The notes: a model not told the origin generated them from the sequence alone. A stretch of 64,000 nucleotides of DNA from Psilocybe cubensis (GCA_017499595.2 CM039010.1:2170001-2234000), one strand, 5' to 3'; positions 25,234-41,174 are shown, counted from the first letter of the stretch. Translations and numbers: made by a program.

Positions 25234-27958
25234 TCACGGTAGCAGAAGCCACCTCGCAACCAACTTTGGGAAGGATGGCGTTCCAAGGCCAGTCACTGGG
25301 TCCCACCCAGGAACTGCCGAGTAACCATCGGTTCCACAGCCGCTATTTTTCCCCGACGTTATATCGTTGAACGCGTCCGAGAATGAATTAGAGTAGATCT
25401 GGAATGTTCGCGATGCGGTGTTAGTGAGCAAGGCAATGGGTTATTGTGGGCACGCACGGCAGGGTTTATGAACCCGATGGGTTTCTTCCCGACGGTGATG
25501 CGGGCGTCGTTGATCATGGTAAGAATGGCACCGACAACAGGAGCGGCGGCTGAAGTACCGAACAATCTAGTGTATCTGCCGTCGACCTGATATTACGTCA
25601 AAATTTAAATCCTGCATTTCGAAGGGAAAAAAAGAACGCACCACAACAGCATAATTTGCCCTGCAACAGGGAATGGAGTGAGAATAGTCGGTGATGCTTT
25701 AAACAGTAAAATATTTACCCATTTGCTGCGATATCAGGATAAGCACGACTCTACATGAACAAGTATCAGCGACGAAATTCCTCTGATTATACACGTGTTC
25801 CGCTTCCGCACGTACGTTTCCTGTCGAGTTCCAGATGTCACCTGAGTAAGTGGGTCTGTGATCCCTGAAATAATTGTCTAATGCGTTCTTTTGGTACATG
25901 GGCATAGCGAAGTAGTTGCTGAATCCACCGCCACTGGCTATCACTTCTTCGCAGGCGCTTTCGCGTTCTGTAACCGTTGCACCTGGATTGACCTGAGTTG
26001 CCCCAACGGAAGTGACATACGGACAGCTAGATGGAAAGCCTATCCCCGAGTTTTAGAAACGGAGTCTGAAAAGAGTAGCATTAAAGCCTCACTGGGGTTG
26101 AAAATGGGGCCTTCTTCCGTTTGTGATCCTATGGGGCGTATGATTCATCAACTAAACTAAATGGAACGATTGATGCTCATAATCACCATCGTCTTCGAGG
26201 CATAGGTCACTGTTTCCTGTAGAGTCAAAGCGTCATTGCTGAGGAATGAACACGTCTTATGTGTATCAGAAATTGACTTACCAGCAACGCCGTTGTCACC
26301 AGAAGAAAAGAGGACTGTGACACCCATCAGACCGAGCTTCCCATATCTAAGTATACGTGAAAGGCATTCGACAAATTTCTGACGCGCAGACGATAGTAAA
26401 ACGGACTCAGCGCATTGACGGGCAGCGTAGAAGGGAGAGAGATCAGCCTCGTTGTACCCGTATGATGTCGAGATGACATTTGCAGGTTTGACGGTACCAC
26501 AATTGGCAGGACCTTTAACAGAAAGTTGAGCATCTTCTTTGCAATATATCGCAGGCGGAACCAAAGCGTATCAGACACACCCTGATAGCCGTTTGGATAA
26601 TCATCAGGGTAAATTGGGTCTTGAGTGGGGTCATCCCCGTCCTCGAAAGTACAATATGTGCCATCCAAGGCATCGATCAAGTTGTTAAATGAAGCTCCTG
26701 TGATACGATGTTCCAAATTCCGTAAATCAAACATAGTACAAAAGGAAAACGGAATAAACAAACCTAGAGGTATATCTCCAACTTGGTAGAGAGTAACCTC
26801 TTGCTTTGAGCCTACAAGGTTGACCAGGTTCATAGCGTACTGCAAATCCAGATTCGCCTCTCCGTTATAATCAAACCCTCCTTGAATAGTCTGAACGATA
26901 CCTAATAGAAGGTCAATAATTTTATCAATCCTCGGAAATGTATTCATCACGCGTACCTCCATCTATCGACACCAACTTGGGCTGCTTGCCCACCAGAGCA
27001 GAAGAGAAGTTGGAGTGGAACTTGTCGAGGTCAGATTGGACATAAGCTTGAGGAGTATACTCGACTACATGTGAGAGTAATCAATGGCACAAGAAGAAGC
27101 GACACGAAAACTTTCGACGACTAACCGATCCCAAAAGAGTTCTTGTGAGCGGAAAGGGGTTCATATACAAGGCCGTATAATGCTCTCAGGCAGATTGGCG
27201 TGATTACTTGATCGCAATTTCTCAAGTCAAACGCTATATTGTCGATTACTCCTGTAGTTTTAGGGGTGATACCTACCCCCGGGTGACCTATATTTTTTGC
27301 TGAGAGGCTGGAGGGACCGCGCCTCTTCACCATTACATCAAAGTGAATAGATGGCGTCACGATCTCAACGTGGGACGCCACACCGGCCGGAAGATGATAG
27401 TCCAGGCACGCTAGAGGTAAAATGCACGAGTTGTAATGCTTTTGTCGAGGAAAGGTATGTGAATGTCGTACCGATATGTTGCGTCCCATCTCTGTGCTCA
27501 TAGACATGGTATTTTGTCTTTAACAAACGCTCCGCTTCTCCCACTGTAGCATTGACTTGCAACCATGATTTCGACGAGGATAAGCGAATCCGGGAGGCGT
27601 CAAATCCTTCATTCGTAAGCCATTTTCGCGCTGCATTGATACTATGATTGCTGGGAGCGAATGTCTCTGCGATTTTTGCCTGTGTCCAGTGATTTCCGTA
27701 GTTTCGAGAGTCCGGGTGAGAAACATCATTCAGAAATTCCTCCAGCCTGTCTAGGTTCGATTGCTTTAGTCCAAACTTCAAAGGTATGAGTGCCGCGCTT
27801 TGCTGCCTGCGAACCAGGGACCACCCAGATGGAATGAAGGACCTTTTTTCGTGTAGAATGTAGTCATGCGATGGGGAGTCAGCGGATGTGTTGGCGTGAG
27901 CCAGGAGAGTCAATGATAGAAGCGCAACGAGGATGTAGAACATTTCAGAGAAGCGCAT
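25234..27958 (-). CDS. Secreted sedolisin (peptidase S53, tripeptidyl-peptidase-like)
   Basis: Signal peptide, prodomain (HEKR...DVSHPDSRNYGNHW), GEANLDLQY, SSGDNG, catalytic GTSAAAP, Ca-binding GWDPVTGLGTP. Start could be 27970. Confidence 0.92.
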
Positions 27959-29609
27959 GCCATCGGCCATTCTGCAAAGAAGGGTGGTCCGTCGGGAAAG
28001 CACGTTATGTGGGATGAGGCCCTCGCGACTCCCTGAACTCTATATATAACAGGGATCGTAACACTGGGCAGTGCAAGGCGAGTCCGGCCACTGCGTAGAG
28101 TCGTCATCCTCCGTGCAAGGAAACTTCACAGTACGTCAAAGAATTTGAACCTAGAAAGGTAAAACGTAATGATGCGGACCAGGCCTTGTGTTCTGCGGAA
28201 GAGTAGGCGTTTACCTTTGGGCCTCGTCGTGCTCGATTGAACACTGTATACGAACGTTTCCAAAGGTCCATTTGAACTGATCCTCATTCCTTGACCCGGA
28301 ATGGATCATAGCGGCGTTAACATGATCGAGCTCTGCCCGCCGAGGTGCGTCAATACCGAAATGTGGACAGCTGGTATTGTTGTTTATGAGCTCCGGTAGA
28401 GTGAGATACGACAACCCAATGCACGAATCCATATTGAAGGTGACTCTTGGCGTCAGGAGGATGAGATGATTCGAGCAATAAACATCTGTGAAATACAAAA
28501 CAAGACAAAGAGCATACACGCCTATACATTGTTCATGGAAGGTGGGTTTAGACTAAGGTGACACCGGATAAAGTTGCAGGGCCGTTTCTGGAATGCGGAG
28601 CTCCACCCACTGTGGAAATTGGGTGGGGGATTCTAGCGCAAAGACAACCTCGCAGTGAGAAACAAATTCATGGGGAGGCCAAGTTGGAGCATCATCGTTC
28701 ACCAACGTCGAATACAGCTAATGGGTATCTTGTTCATCGCTTCGGCCTTCTGAGGGGTAAAGCTATACCAGACGAAAAATGGTAGTAGAGGCGCATCGCG
28801 GACGTGAGATCAGAAAATGGCCACGAGGATGATGGAAGAAGGCAACCAGCGACGCTGATGAACAAGACCGCAGACATTTAACCCGAAAAAGCATTTTTAT
28901 GTCCTTGAGAAAATTTTCATTCGAGGAAAGTCGGAACATCGATCTGAGTCTCAGCTTCTAGGATCAGAAACCAACGGTAAGATCCACAACGATAGACGAG
29001 AAGACTGAGTGGACAGGGTGGACAATCTGTAATCTTTTCGGTTTTTCGGGCGAAAATCGAGGTCATCCATAACAGTAGTTGGTAGCTTTTCCCTAGCACG
29101 ATGAAACGAAGACAGAGTATAACATTGGAGGGATCATCGTGAATATACATTGTGCATATCTCTGAGAAGACAATGATCAGACAAAGGAAGATGTAGAAGT
29201 GATATCGTACCTTGCTACTCGCATCTTAAACGAATTCCATATCAACTCTTGAAAGTAGCTTCACTAGCACCTCTGTGGTTCCGATTAAGAGGTGGATCCC
29301 ATTGTCCACCGCCCCCGATCCGCGATTCGCCGGAGATCACGTGCATGTTCTGATTGGATGAATTTTGCGGACCTGCGACTGGGTTCCCCGCTTTCGCCCT
29401 CGTCCAACGGCTCCGAGCTCGCCCACCAGGTTAACCATAGAACGACTGCTGCTTGGAGAGGCTGACTATAACAATGTGAGTATAACGACTGTCATATAGG
29501 AAGATGTGTTCCTGACATTGAGCCATGCTTTCAGTTCAAAATTACCACAGTTTAAACTACCGTCATAAGTTATTTGGACCTCTTATAATTCACCGAAATC
29601 TCAACCAAA

Positions 29610-30858
<1,249 letters not shown>

Positions 30859-31884
30859 AAGTCGCAGATGTATCTGTTTTCATATCTCCTAGATTTTGCA
30901 GTCTTAATTGCTCTCATCGCAACACACAACACACACCCCATCTCTTTGCACCTTGCACAAAGCAGGAAAAACAGCCGAACCTCGTTTTTTTGCTTGTTGC
31001 TGAAAATTTGAAAAAAAAGCCGGATTCAAATTTCACGGCGAATAACTTATGAAAGTGTTCAGCGCTCAATGCTCAATGCTCGTGCATTGTTATCACATTT
31101 ACTAGCCACAAGATCAGGGGCAGTATATGATTGTGATTGTGGACTCGACTCATGTTCAATTTCAATTTTCAATCCTTCAATCCCTCAATTCCTCGATCTC
31201 ATCATGATCATAGCATTATGATCTATTATGATCCAGGTTCATTAAGGTCATATTGTACCTTTATATATAGAGAACATCTAACATAGCCAAGCCGACTATT
31301 TCGCGCTGGGACCTCGAGGCTCTCTTTAGAGATTGATTGTAATTTCTAATTATACCGGGAGAGGATACAGTAGTTTGACGAGTTACGACTCTGCGAGCGG
31401 TATTGGACGCTTTGCATGTATGCCGTATGCCGCAGCCTTGGGTTGGGTTGGTTTTGGCGCTCGCGCTCGTGCTTGCTGGTGCTCACTTTCCGATTGTGTC
31501 GGGGCGATCTTAAATGCGACGCGCTGTGTGTGTGCTGTGTGTTGTGTGTTGTGTCACCCTCTACCATCTGGTCCCTCTCTACTGTAGCCTGCTGCCCGCA
31601 GGCTACGGACAAATTGCGATATCGATGATTCGATATGTACTTTGTTTTGACTCTTGACTTTTGACTCTTGAGTCTTGACGTACTTGGTGCCATATTGCGC
31701 GCGGCGCGCGTGGCATGACGATCAATCGTCGTTTTATTGGTCTGCACCTCTGACTCGGAAGGACTCTGATCTACTATATTCAATTGATACGGTATCTTTG
31801 ATGATGATAATGGTGCCTATCGCCACGACGCTACTTGGTAATACTAATAGTAATACATAGTAGTGTACCTAGCCTAGTGCCTAG

Positions 31885-32285
31885 TGCCTTGGACCTATAT
31901 TTTATAGCTATTTTCATATCGATAGACCTATTCCCTAAATTTACACATACACGGACAACGAATTTTATTAAGCGGAACATAAAATTTGAAGACGGCAAAA
32001 TCACGGAAACTCGCAAAATCGTCAATGAGTATTTACAAAAAGTTGAGCTATGAGAACAAATGTCGATACCACCACATTATCAGCACGCCTAAAGCCATTC
32101 CCTTCTCAAACTGAAAGGCATGTCGACGCTTTGCTGCCAGATCGTACCATAGTTTGACATAAACTCAACATCGGAGCATTCCTTATGTAACTCGGTTACG
32201 CAAAAATTCAAGGCCGACTGTATGAATATATTTTGAGGTTGGGCCTATCGATATGAAAATAGCTGTAATAGGAGTCTAGGAGTTT
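31885..32285. mobile_element. MITE/foldback-like non-autonomous element
   Basis: Perfect 20-bp inverted repeat AGCTATTTTCATATCGATAG (31906-31925) vs 32245-32264, extending imperfectly inward. No coding capacity; outer ends and TSD unresolved. Confidence 0.65.
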
Positions 32286-34130
32286 TAGGACAGAGTTGGA
32301 CGCCTCGTTGCTCTAGCGGCGAGCGCGCGGTCTGGCGCACATTGCACGCGGCGCGGCACTCGGCACGCCTCTGCGTCCCTTTTTTCCAGGTTTTTGATGA
32401 TTTCAGGTTTTTTGAAGGTTAGTTCGCCGTCCTTACCGTCCTTACCGTTCCTACCGCTAGCGCTGATCTGACTGATCTGGCTTTTAGCCTTCGAAATTGA
32501 ATTGAACTTAGAACATGTCATTTTTACCTTTCTTTCCCTCTTTTCGATTCTTATGTACATAGATTATAGATCATAGATGTATATCCTGAACCTGAACCTA
32601 ACCCTGAGACCCTTTCATATTACCATGCATAATGCATAGCTTATACTTTGGTTTATTAAGTTTCAAGGTCGTGCTAATTTTACTCTTGAAGTATGTTTTG
32701 CGTGGGATCAGGGCTGGGCGTTAAGCATTCAGGATTCAGGACAGGATTCAGGATTGGAGAACATTATCCGGTAAAGCTGATTTTTTTGAAAGGGAAGTTG
32801 TACTTATAACTTAACCTCTTCGACGAAATTCGGAATGGGAAGATGAAGATGAAGACGAAGACGAAGACGAAGGGGGAGTCAAGATGAAGATAAAGATAAA
32901 GTTGGAAGGCTGGCGACTTCGTGAAGGCGAAGGCGAAAGAAGGCGAAAGTGAAAGCGAAAGAAGACGAAGACGAAGGTGGACCCTGCGTCGTGCGGCGAT
33001 AGTAATCAAAACATCAAAACTTCAAAACATTTAGATGCCGACTAGCTATAGGGCCGTTTATGATAGTCGATACTTAGAAGTTTGAAGTTAGAGGGTTTAG
33101 TTTGTTACATACGGAGGCTTCTAGCTTTGTCTATGTCTCTGTAGTTCGTTGTCTCTGTCGTTGTCGTTGTTGGCGTTGTCATACAACTCATACAAGTGTG
33201 GGATATACTAATAGGTGTGGGATCGGTGAAAGCGAACTTGAACGCGAAGGCGAACTGTGAGGTGACATTAGGTATGTACGTTGGACAGTGAAGTCTGGAT
33301 TTGTTTAGTGCGAATTTTTGATTTCTGAAACACTGAAACACTGAAATTGTTGGAAGTTTGGAAGTTTGGAAGTTTGGAAGTTGGGTTCTGAATGTTCTAA
33401 TATCGTGATATCGGATGGACGGATGGGAGAGTTCCAAGCCTTGTCAATGCAAAATTCAAATTCTACCGAAATGCCAAATTCGAAATTCGAGATGGTGTAC
33501 CGTGTCGAGCCTCATTTTGTTTATCCTCGAGGATATGAAAAAGTCCGAGTCAGTCGACTCTTTAGTCGTGTCATAACATTGCCGCTGCCGTTGACATTGA
33601 CGTTACCTGCTACCTGTTACCTGCTACCTGTTCCCGGTATTATCGTAAGACGGTAAGACGGTCACGGTGAATAAAACTCAACTTTCAAGAGTGAGTTGAA
33701 TCGATCGACTCGACGGTCAACCGTGATGATGTCGATGAGGCCTTGAGGCGGTGTTTTCTTGGCCCTTGAGACTTGCTTGGGGTTCATGTGGGCGCTTATG
33801 TAGTATGTAGTCTGTACCGTTATACTCGGAGTAGGCTGGAAGATCAGGGCAGGGCAGGGCAGGGTAGGGTAGGGCGCCGGCCGGCGGATTGTTTGAGTAG
33901 GATCGCTGGGTGATGGATCGTTGGTTCGTTGGATCATTGGATCATCGGTTCGTTGGATCGTTGGATTGGGCCTTTATTACGATCTTTTTCTTTTTTTTCT
34001 TCGACTTTTTTCTTTTTTTTTTCTGGTCTTTTTTTCGGAAAGGGTTGAGTACATACTGATATTGAAAGCCCGTATTCAATATTGTATCACTATCACTATC
34101 ATTATCGTAGTGTATCAGTATCTGGGAACC

Positions 34131-34196
34131 AAGTTACCAAAAGTTCAACAAGTTCAAAAAGTTCCAAAAGTTCCAAAAGTTCCAAAAGTACCAAAA
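34131..34196. repeat. 9-bp tandem repeat (AAGTTCCAA variants)
   Basis: About 7 imperfect copies, directly visible. Confidence 0.85.
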
Positions 34197-34467
34197 GGAT
34201 GAAAAAAAAAAAGAAACATTGAACGAGGAACGAGGAACGAGCCTCGAGGATCCCTCGATCCTCAATATTCAATATTCAATATTCAATCCTTGATCCTGAG
34301 ATTTTTGAAATTGTATAATGAGTGTAACGCACGGCGCGCTCAGGCTGATAAGTATGCATGGGCTGATATAGACTGATATGCATATAATATTCGGAAATCC
34401 TGAGACTTGCTTTGATACTAATAGTTAGTTGATACGTTGATTGTTGTCAGTGTTGAAGTTGAAGCTC

Positions 34468-34636
34468 CTATCCTTATCTTTATCTTTATCCCTCCGTATC
34501 TTTATCCCTCTGTATCCTCTTTTATCCTTATCCCTCCGTATCCTCTTTTATCCTTATCCCTCCGTATCCTCTTTTATCCATATCCCTCCCTTATCCCTAT
34601 CCCTCGTATCCTTATCCTTATCTCGTATCCGTATCC
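34468..34636. repeat. Compound TATCC(C/T) repeat with ~27-bp higher-order unit
   Basis: tatccctccgtatcctcttttatcct recurs several times. Confidence 0.8.
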
Positions 34637-35392
34637 AATTAACTCTCTCGAAGGGTCAACGCTCATCGCTCATCGGCCAACACTCAACTCGTGAAATTGG
34701 GACGAATCAGAACGGTAAATATAGCAGTATCAATGTCAATGGAGTGGAGTGGACGACTGGACAGCGACGACGATGATGATGATGAAGATGATGGTGTTAG
34801 ATTCCTCGTTAGCCACTTTTATAAATGAATTAGTACTAGTAGCACCGTGATCAGGAGCTTGTCGAGGAGGTTGGGTTGGGATCTACCGACGCGAACTCGG
34901 ACGCAGACGCTGACGCTGATGTGGATTCGAACGTGGAAGAGCGGAGGGGTTGAGATATGAGATATGAGATATGAGATAGGATGCCATGTGTAGCGCACGA
35001 GGCTTGAGCTTGTTCGAGAGTCGGTATGATCGTATCGCAGCACACACTCACTCATAGACGTAGGTAGGTAGTGCATGGAACGCAGGCAGGCTTGTGTTGT
35101 CCGTTTGTCCCAGTCCGTTTGTCCCATTCCGTTTGCAATATTGTCCAAGTCCGTTTGTCATGGACATTTAATCACCCAGGCTTGGATATTACCCTTGAAT
35201 ATTGAATCCTTGAATATTGCCTTCAAGAAGGTTTACATTTGAATATTGAATATTGATATTGATATTGATAGTCGAATGTGTTGTGGAGACGTTGAGACAT
35301 TACAACATTACTGGTTGACCTGCGGTACAATGGTGTTCGTGGATCGTGGATCGTAGCTCGTCGTGTGTCGTGTGTCGTGTATCGTGTGGGCC

Positions 35393-35459
35393 CGGTCGAT
35401 GGTCGATGGTCGGTGGTCGATGGTCGATGGTCGATGGTCGGTGGTCGATGGTCGGTGGT
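35393..35459. repeat. 7-bp tandem repeat (GGTCGAT/GGTCGGT)
   Basis: About 9 copies, directly visible. Confidence 0.85.
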
Positions 35460-36501
35460 TAATGTCGGATACTCGAAGCTCAATTTCGATAGAGTTTATG
35501 AGAGATTACCTTACCTCATAATGATGGTTCGTCGGCGAGCCTGGAGGAAGAAGCAGAATCATTGAATCAGGGATCGAGAGCGTGCGTGGACCCGAGCGGG
35601 TGGTACGTAGACTATCACTAAGCAGTATGCAGTATGCAATGCGCTCCGTGAGTCTGTCATCGTGGTGTGGGTTGAAGGTCAAAGTGCGCTGGTGGATGAA
35701 GGGTTGTAGCAGATTGTAGCTTGGGTACTCGCGCTCGGGCGCGGCGGAGGGATTGGTTGATATTTCGCGGCGGAGTGTTCCCGCGTCCCGCGACGACCTG
35801 CAAACGCGACATGATTCAACAAGGGAAACGCGCGAATAATGCGGGGTCGACACGCCGAGACTAGGCAAGCTAGCGGTTAGGTTTAACCATATATACAAGT
35901 GGAATTTGAATGCAAGGCTATAATTAGCGGAATAAGTCAAGCGTAGAGGCAAAAGTCAAGGACGACATACGTCGATGTCGATGTCGATGTATGGATGCGG
36001 GGAAGGTCACGGTCGAGTTGGCTTGGGGACGACTGTGTCGTGTCTGATGTCAGTGGCAGTGGCGGGGGGATATGACATGTAGACTAGCATGCATGATTAC
36101 TGTATAAGTGGTAATTGGATTACGGCTGCTTGGTTTACTTGGCGGGTTGGCTGCTGGCGGGTTGGCTGCTGGTGGGTGTGTGGTGGGTGGGTGGGTGGGT
36201 GAGGGAGGGAGGGAGAGGCAGAGGGCTGTGTTGAGAGGATGGGAGAAGGTTGATATCGATAAGCGCTAAGCGCCCGCGGTGGGTGGGCGGACGAGGAGAG
36301 GGAGAGTGAGGTGCGGACGGGCTTGGCAGAGACTAGTACTACTGACTAGCGTAGCGAATCTCGAATCTCGATTCTCGATGAGATTTATTGAATTTGAATG
36401 ATTGAATTTGAAAGGATGCAGGGATGAGATCATCGTCACTAAATCTAAAATAAATTATAAAGCCCATAGATCCCCCGTTTTTGTTGCCGCTTTGCTGCCC
36501 C

Positions 36502-39500
36502 ATGAACGTATCCTCTGCCGTATGTCTCCACTCCTTCTCCTCGTCGTCGTCGTTGTTGTCGTCGTTGCTGATAATGGTGTGTTGTGGTATACTGTATTCT
36601 AGGAGCTACATAGATCGCGCCCGCTGAGATCCTCGCCGCTCGCGGGCCCCTCGCTCGTATCGCTCGACAATACAACGCGCCCCGTATCCGTGCATAGCTC
36701 GCGCCCGACATCTCCCTGCTCAACCTCCACCTCCACCTCCACCTCCACCTCCACCCCACGACACAAACACACCCGCCGACCATCTACGGCCCCCGGCCCG
36801 ACACGCCCGCGCAGCGAGCTCTCGACGTTCTCAACCTCCACCTCCGAAGACGACGGCCGCTTCTCGCCTGGCACCCTCCATGTGCGGTACTCGTCGTCTT
36901 TGCTCTCTGTACCGGGCACCCGTGCGTCGAGTGTGATGCTTGATCCTGAGGTGCGGATGCCTAGGCCGATTTTGAAGCGCAGGACGAGTTTTCAGCCGTT
37001 GAGCCAGAGCCAGGGTCAGAGTCAGAGTGGGGGTCAGAGTGGGGGTCAGATCCAGGGTGGAGTGGAGGAGGATGGGAGGTTCTCGGCGGCTGATAAGGGT
37101 AAAGGCAAGATGGGGTCGGGGACGGGGACGACAACGAGGGTAGGGGTAGGGATGGGGCCGGGACAAGGCCAACAGGAAGAATCGTGGTATACCTTCGCGC
37201 CCTACGCGACGACGCCAAAGTTCTCGCGCCTCGGGCTGGCGGGTGCGGGCGTGGTGATGCCTGTGTCGGCCAGGGAGCTTGCGAGGGTGAAGTCGAAGCG
37301 GCAGAGTGGGGTTGCGTCTTCCTCTTCCTCTTCCTCCTCGTCATCGTCCTTGTCGGCGAGCGCGAGTGCGAACGCGAGGGACAGGCACCAGCACCAGCAC
37401 CGTGGTTCGACCGATGAACACGGTGTGATCAGGGGCGCCCAGACTATACGCCCTCAGCCGCAAACCCTTCCACAAAAACTGCATCCCCTTCCACAAGGAC
37501 AAGCACAAGGACAAGGACAGGGACAAGGACAAGGACAGCAACAACGGCCCCAAATCCCCGTTGGATCGCCGTCGCCGTCTCCATCCCTTTCATCTTCGTG
37601 TTTATCCCCATCATCTTCGTCTTCTTCGCCATCCACATTTTCATCTTCATCTTTATCCACATTCCCATCTTCTTCGTCATCTTCTTCGCCATCCCCATCT
37701 TCGTCGCAGGGATGGCTAAGCGTGCCTCCGCCAGCGCGTACGCGTATGGGTAAGGCTGCTGTTATTGCTTCGTCGTCGTCCTCCGCCCCCACCACTGTAA
37801 ATCATCCCCCAGAAACATCTGTGTCCACCCCCGCTTCTGCATCTGCGTCTGCGTCTGCGTCTGCGTCCGCGTCCGCGTCGCCGAGCAGCAGCCGCTCCAG
37901 CACGAGCACGAGATCGAGATCAAAATCGAGTATTTGGCGAACGAGCGCGAGTCAGAGTCAGAGTGTTAGTGTTAGTGTTAGTCCGAGCGCGGCGTCGTCC
38001 TCGACGAGTCTGCCTTCTTCTACTTCAGCTTCAGCTTCAGCTTCGTATCAGCAATTGCATGTCGTGCCTCCGCCTCCGCCTGTGCCTGTGAACGCGACGG
38101 TGCCGGTGCAAGTGTCGGTGTCGGTGTCAGGGAAGAATGAGGTAAAGGACGAGGCGAAGGACGAGGTGAAGGACGCGAAAGAGCCCAAGGAGAGCAAAGA
38201 CGATGAAAAACAACTCAAGAAAGAAAGTAAACGCAAATCTCTACGCCTGAATTTGGGACTGGGCTTGGGCTTGGGCTTGGGCTTGAAGTCGTGGAGGTCG
38301 TTCCGCGGTGCGTCGGGGTCGAGCTGTGCGTCGGGGTCGGGTGGTGCGGTGGGGTCGGACGGTGCGTCGGGGTCGGGTGCTGGGTCTGCGTCGGGTGCTG
38401 GGTCTGGCGCGTCGACTGTGACTGCGTCTGCTATAGCTACGGGTGGCACTACGACCACAGCTACAGCTACAGCTGGCTCTGCTACGGGTGGTATTACGGC
38501 TACGGGTACAGGACCAAATACGACACCGATACACATACCACTCCCGATACCGCTCCCATCGCCACCTCCAGCAGCGCGCTTTGCGGACTCGCCTACGAGT
38601 CCTACGTTTGTTGGGTCTCTGTCTTTGTCTTCCCCTTCTGTTTCCACCTTTGCCATGAACGCGAGCGCGAAGGGAAGCGCGAAGGGTAGGGTGATAGGGA
38701 CAGCGAGGCCTAAGACGGCACCATCATCGTCTTCGCAAGCGCAAGCGGATACAGATACGGATATAGGGAAGGAAACTCCAACAGACGCGCGCGCTGCGTT
38801 CGCGAGGCGCCTGCGCACGATTTCGGAGAGGGGGAGAGGGAGAGGGGGGGTTGGGCTTGTGCCTGCGTTTGTGGCTGCGCCTGCGCCGGCGCCAGGTCCT
38901 CTATCTACACCAGCGCCCGCATCCGAATCTTTATCTGCACACACATCCGCGTCGATACCTGCATCGATACCCGCGTCGACACCCGTGTCGACACCCGCAT
39001 CGAAGCCTGCATCCACGCCCGCATCGACGCTTTTACCAGCCTCGCAGCAGATCCGACCTCAAACTCAAATCCAACCTCGAGCTCAAACCCAACCGCAACC
39101 ACACACGCATACCCAACAAACGCAACAAACGCAAACCCAAGGTCCTACGCAACCTCAAATCCAAGCTGTACCGGACAGGAAAACGAACACGAAAACGTCT
39201 ACACAACCTCCAACTCAACCTCAACCTCAAACCCCTCCACAAAATCAACCACAAACGCAACCACAACCTCCAACTCCAACTCCAACTCAACCACAAACTC
39301 AACCACAAACCCAAACTCAAACACAAACACACGACAAACTGAAAAACCTCAAAAAAAGGAACTCGGCATCTGCGATATTGGCGCTTTCGCGCGTGAGGAC
39401 GTGGAGGTGGGGGAGTGCTAGCGGTGGGATTGGTAAAGGGAGGAATGAGTATGTGGGCGCTGTGGAGGGCGCTCGGGGTGTGGGCGCTGTGGAGGGTACT

Positions 39501-41174
39501 GTGGAGGGTGTTGTGGATGTGCGGGCCAGTGCCGGTGTAAGTGCGAGTGCGAGTGCGAGTGCTTTGGAGGGTGTTGTGGGTGTGGAGGGTGCTTTGGAGG
39601 GTGTGGGCGTGGAGGGCGCTCGGGGTGTCGGGGTCTGTGATAAGGGCGTGGTGGAGGCGAAGGCGGAGGCGGGTGTGGTGGATGGCGCGCGGGTTCGGGT
39701 TGGGGAGGGGAGTCTGCGAGCGCCACCGTCACCATCACCATCACCATCACAGCAGCAGGAAGAGCAGCAGGAAGAGCAGGAAGAGCAGACGCAAACGACT
39801 ACACCGCCTGTCGTTGTTGACGCGGAAGATATCAGAGGTGCGAGTGTGGGTGTGGGTTGTTCGGCATCGACACCCGCCCCGCCCCCATCCCAGCCCTCGT
39901 CTTCTTTATTTTCTAGTTCTTCCACCTCCACCTCTTCATCGTCTTCGTCTTCCCAGGTGAAAGAGCTTGAGCCTGAGCAGGCGCATGAGGAGGTGCAAGC
40001 GCAAATCCAAGAGCCAGCTCAAGCGCATGAGGAGGTACAAGCGCAAGCGAAAGAGACCGACACCACGCAGGAGAACGCGCCCGCGCCGTCGGCGGCTGTC
40101 CTGGCGCTCGTGGAAGCGATGGCGCTTGTGGATGCTGTTCCAACTCCAGTTTCAGGTCCAGGTCCAGTTGCAGCTCTAGGTCCAGGTTCAGTTGCAGGTC
40201 AAGTTGCAGGTCCAGTGCCAGGTCCAGCTCTAGTGCCAGCTCTAGGTCCAGTTCAAAGCGTTCCGATGGACAGCGCGGATTCTGAGGTCGAAGTCGAAGT
40301 TCAGTCTGTCCTCGACCACCAGCACGATGTGGACGTCGATGGCGATGTGAATGAGGATGTGGATGAGGCAGCTGCGCGAGAAGAGTCCGCGCCTAGCTGT
40401 TCGTGCTCCACCTCTACGTCCACGTCCACGTCCACGTCCACCTCAAGCTCGAGCTCCTCAGACTCGGGGTGTACATTAGTCTCTGAGCCCGAGCACCACA
40501 CTGACGAGAGCGCTGATACACATGTCCATGTCCATGTCCACGCTGATGCTGATGTTGATGTTGATGCTGAGGGGCGGGAAGATAGAAAGACGAAGAGTGT
40601 CATGGAGGAAGGGTATGGAGGACATGGAGGGCAGGTTGTTGTGCAGGCGCTGGTGGTGGATAAAAGTGCAGAGTTAGGTGCAGCGCGCGAGCGCGAGCGG
40701 AGTCGCAGTCAAAATCGCAGTCAGAGTCAGAGTCGCACTCAGAGTCAAAATCGCGGTCAAAGTCGCGCTCGCGGGCGTACCCAAACCCAAACACAAACCC
40801 AAACCCAAACGCAGACTCACGGATCCAGCGCGGGGAAAGGTATAGGCACCAGACAGCGCAGAAGCTCGATGAGGCGTATGTGGACCGCGTTCGTGTGTGC
40901 CATCTCTGCTGCTGAAGCCGAAAAGGAGCGGGACAAGGAGAGGGAGAAGGAGAGGGAGAAGGAGGCGGGGGATGCGTGGGCTGAGTTGTGCGCTGTGAGG
41001 TCTGCAGGTGTGGGTGTGGGTGTGGGTGAGGGGGGGAGGGGGAGGAGTTTGGTTAGAGATGCGGATGCGAGGGAGGTGAATGCGAGGGAGGTGAATGTGA
41101 GGGAGGTGAAAGGTGCGAGGGAGGATTGTAAAGCTGACGCGGTGGTGACGGTTGCTGTTGTGCCTGCTGTGTGA
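36502..41174 (+). CDS. Large low-complexity, likely disordered protein (~1530 aa)
   Basis: Exon 36502-36519 (MNVSSA), intron 36520-36602 (GTATGT..TAG), then a 4.5-kb stop-free exon in frame with ORF 36690-41174. Confidence 0.75.

Noticed and set aside
32587-32615. cctgaacctaaccctga, telomere-like
   Set aside because: Only one TAACCC unit; not an array.
32285-36450. Many short ORFs here and at 61-64 kb
   Set aside because: Products are translations of microsatellites with no coherent splice model.
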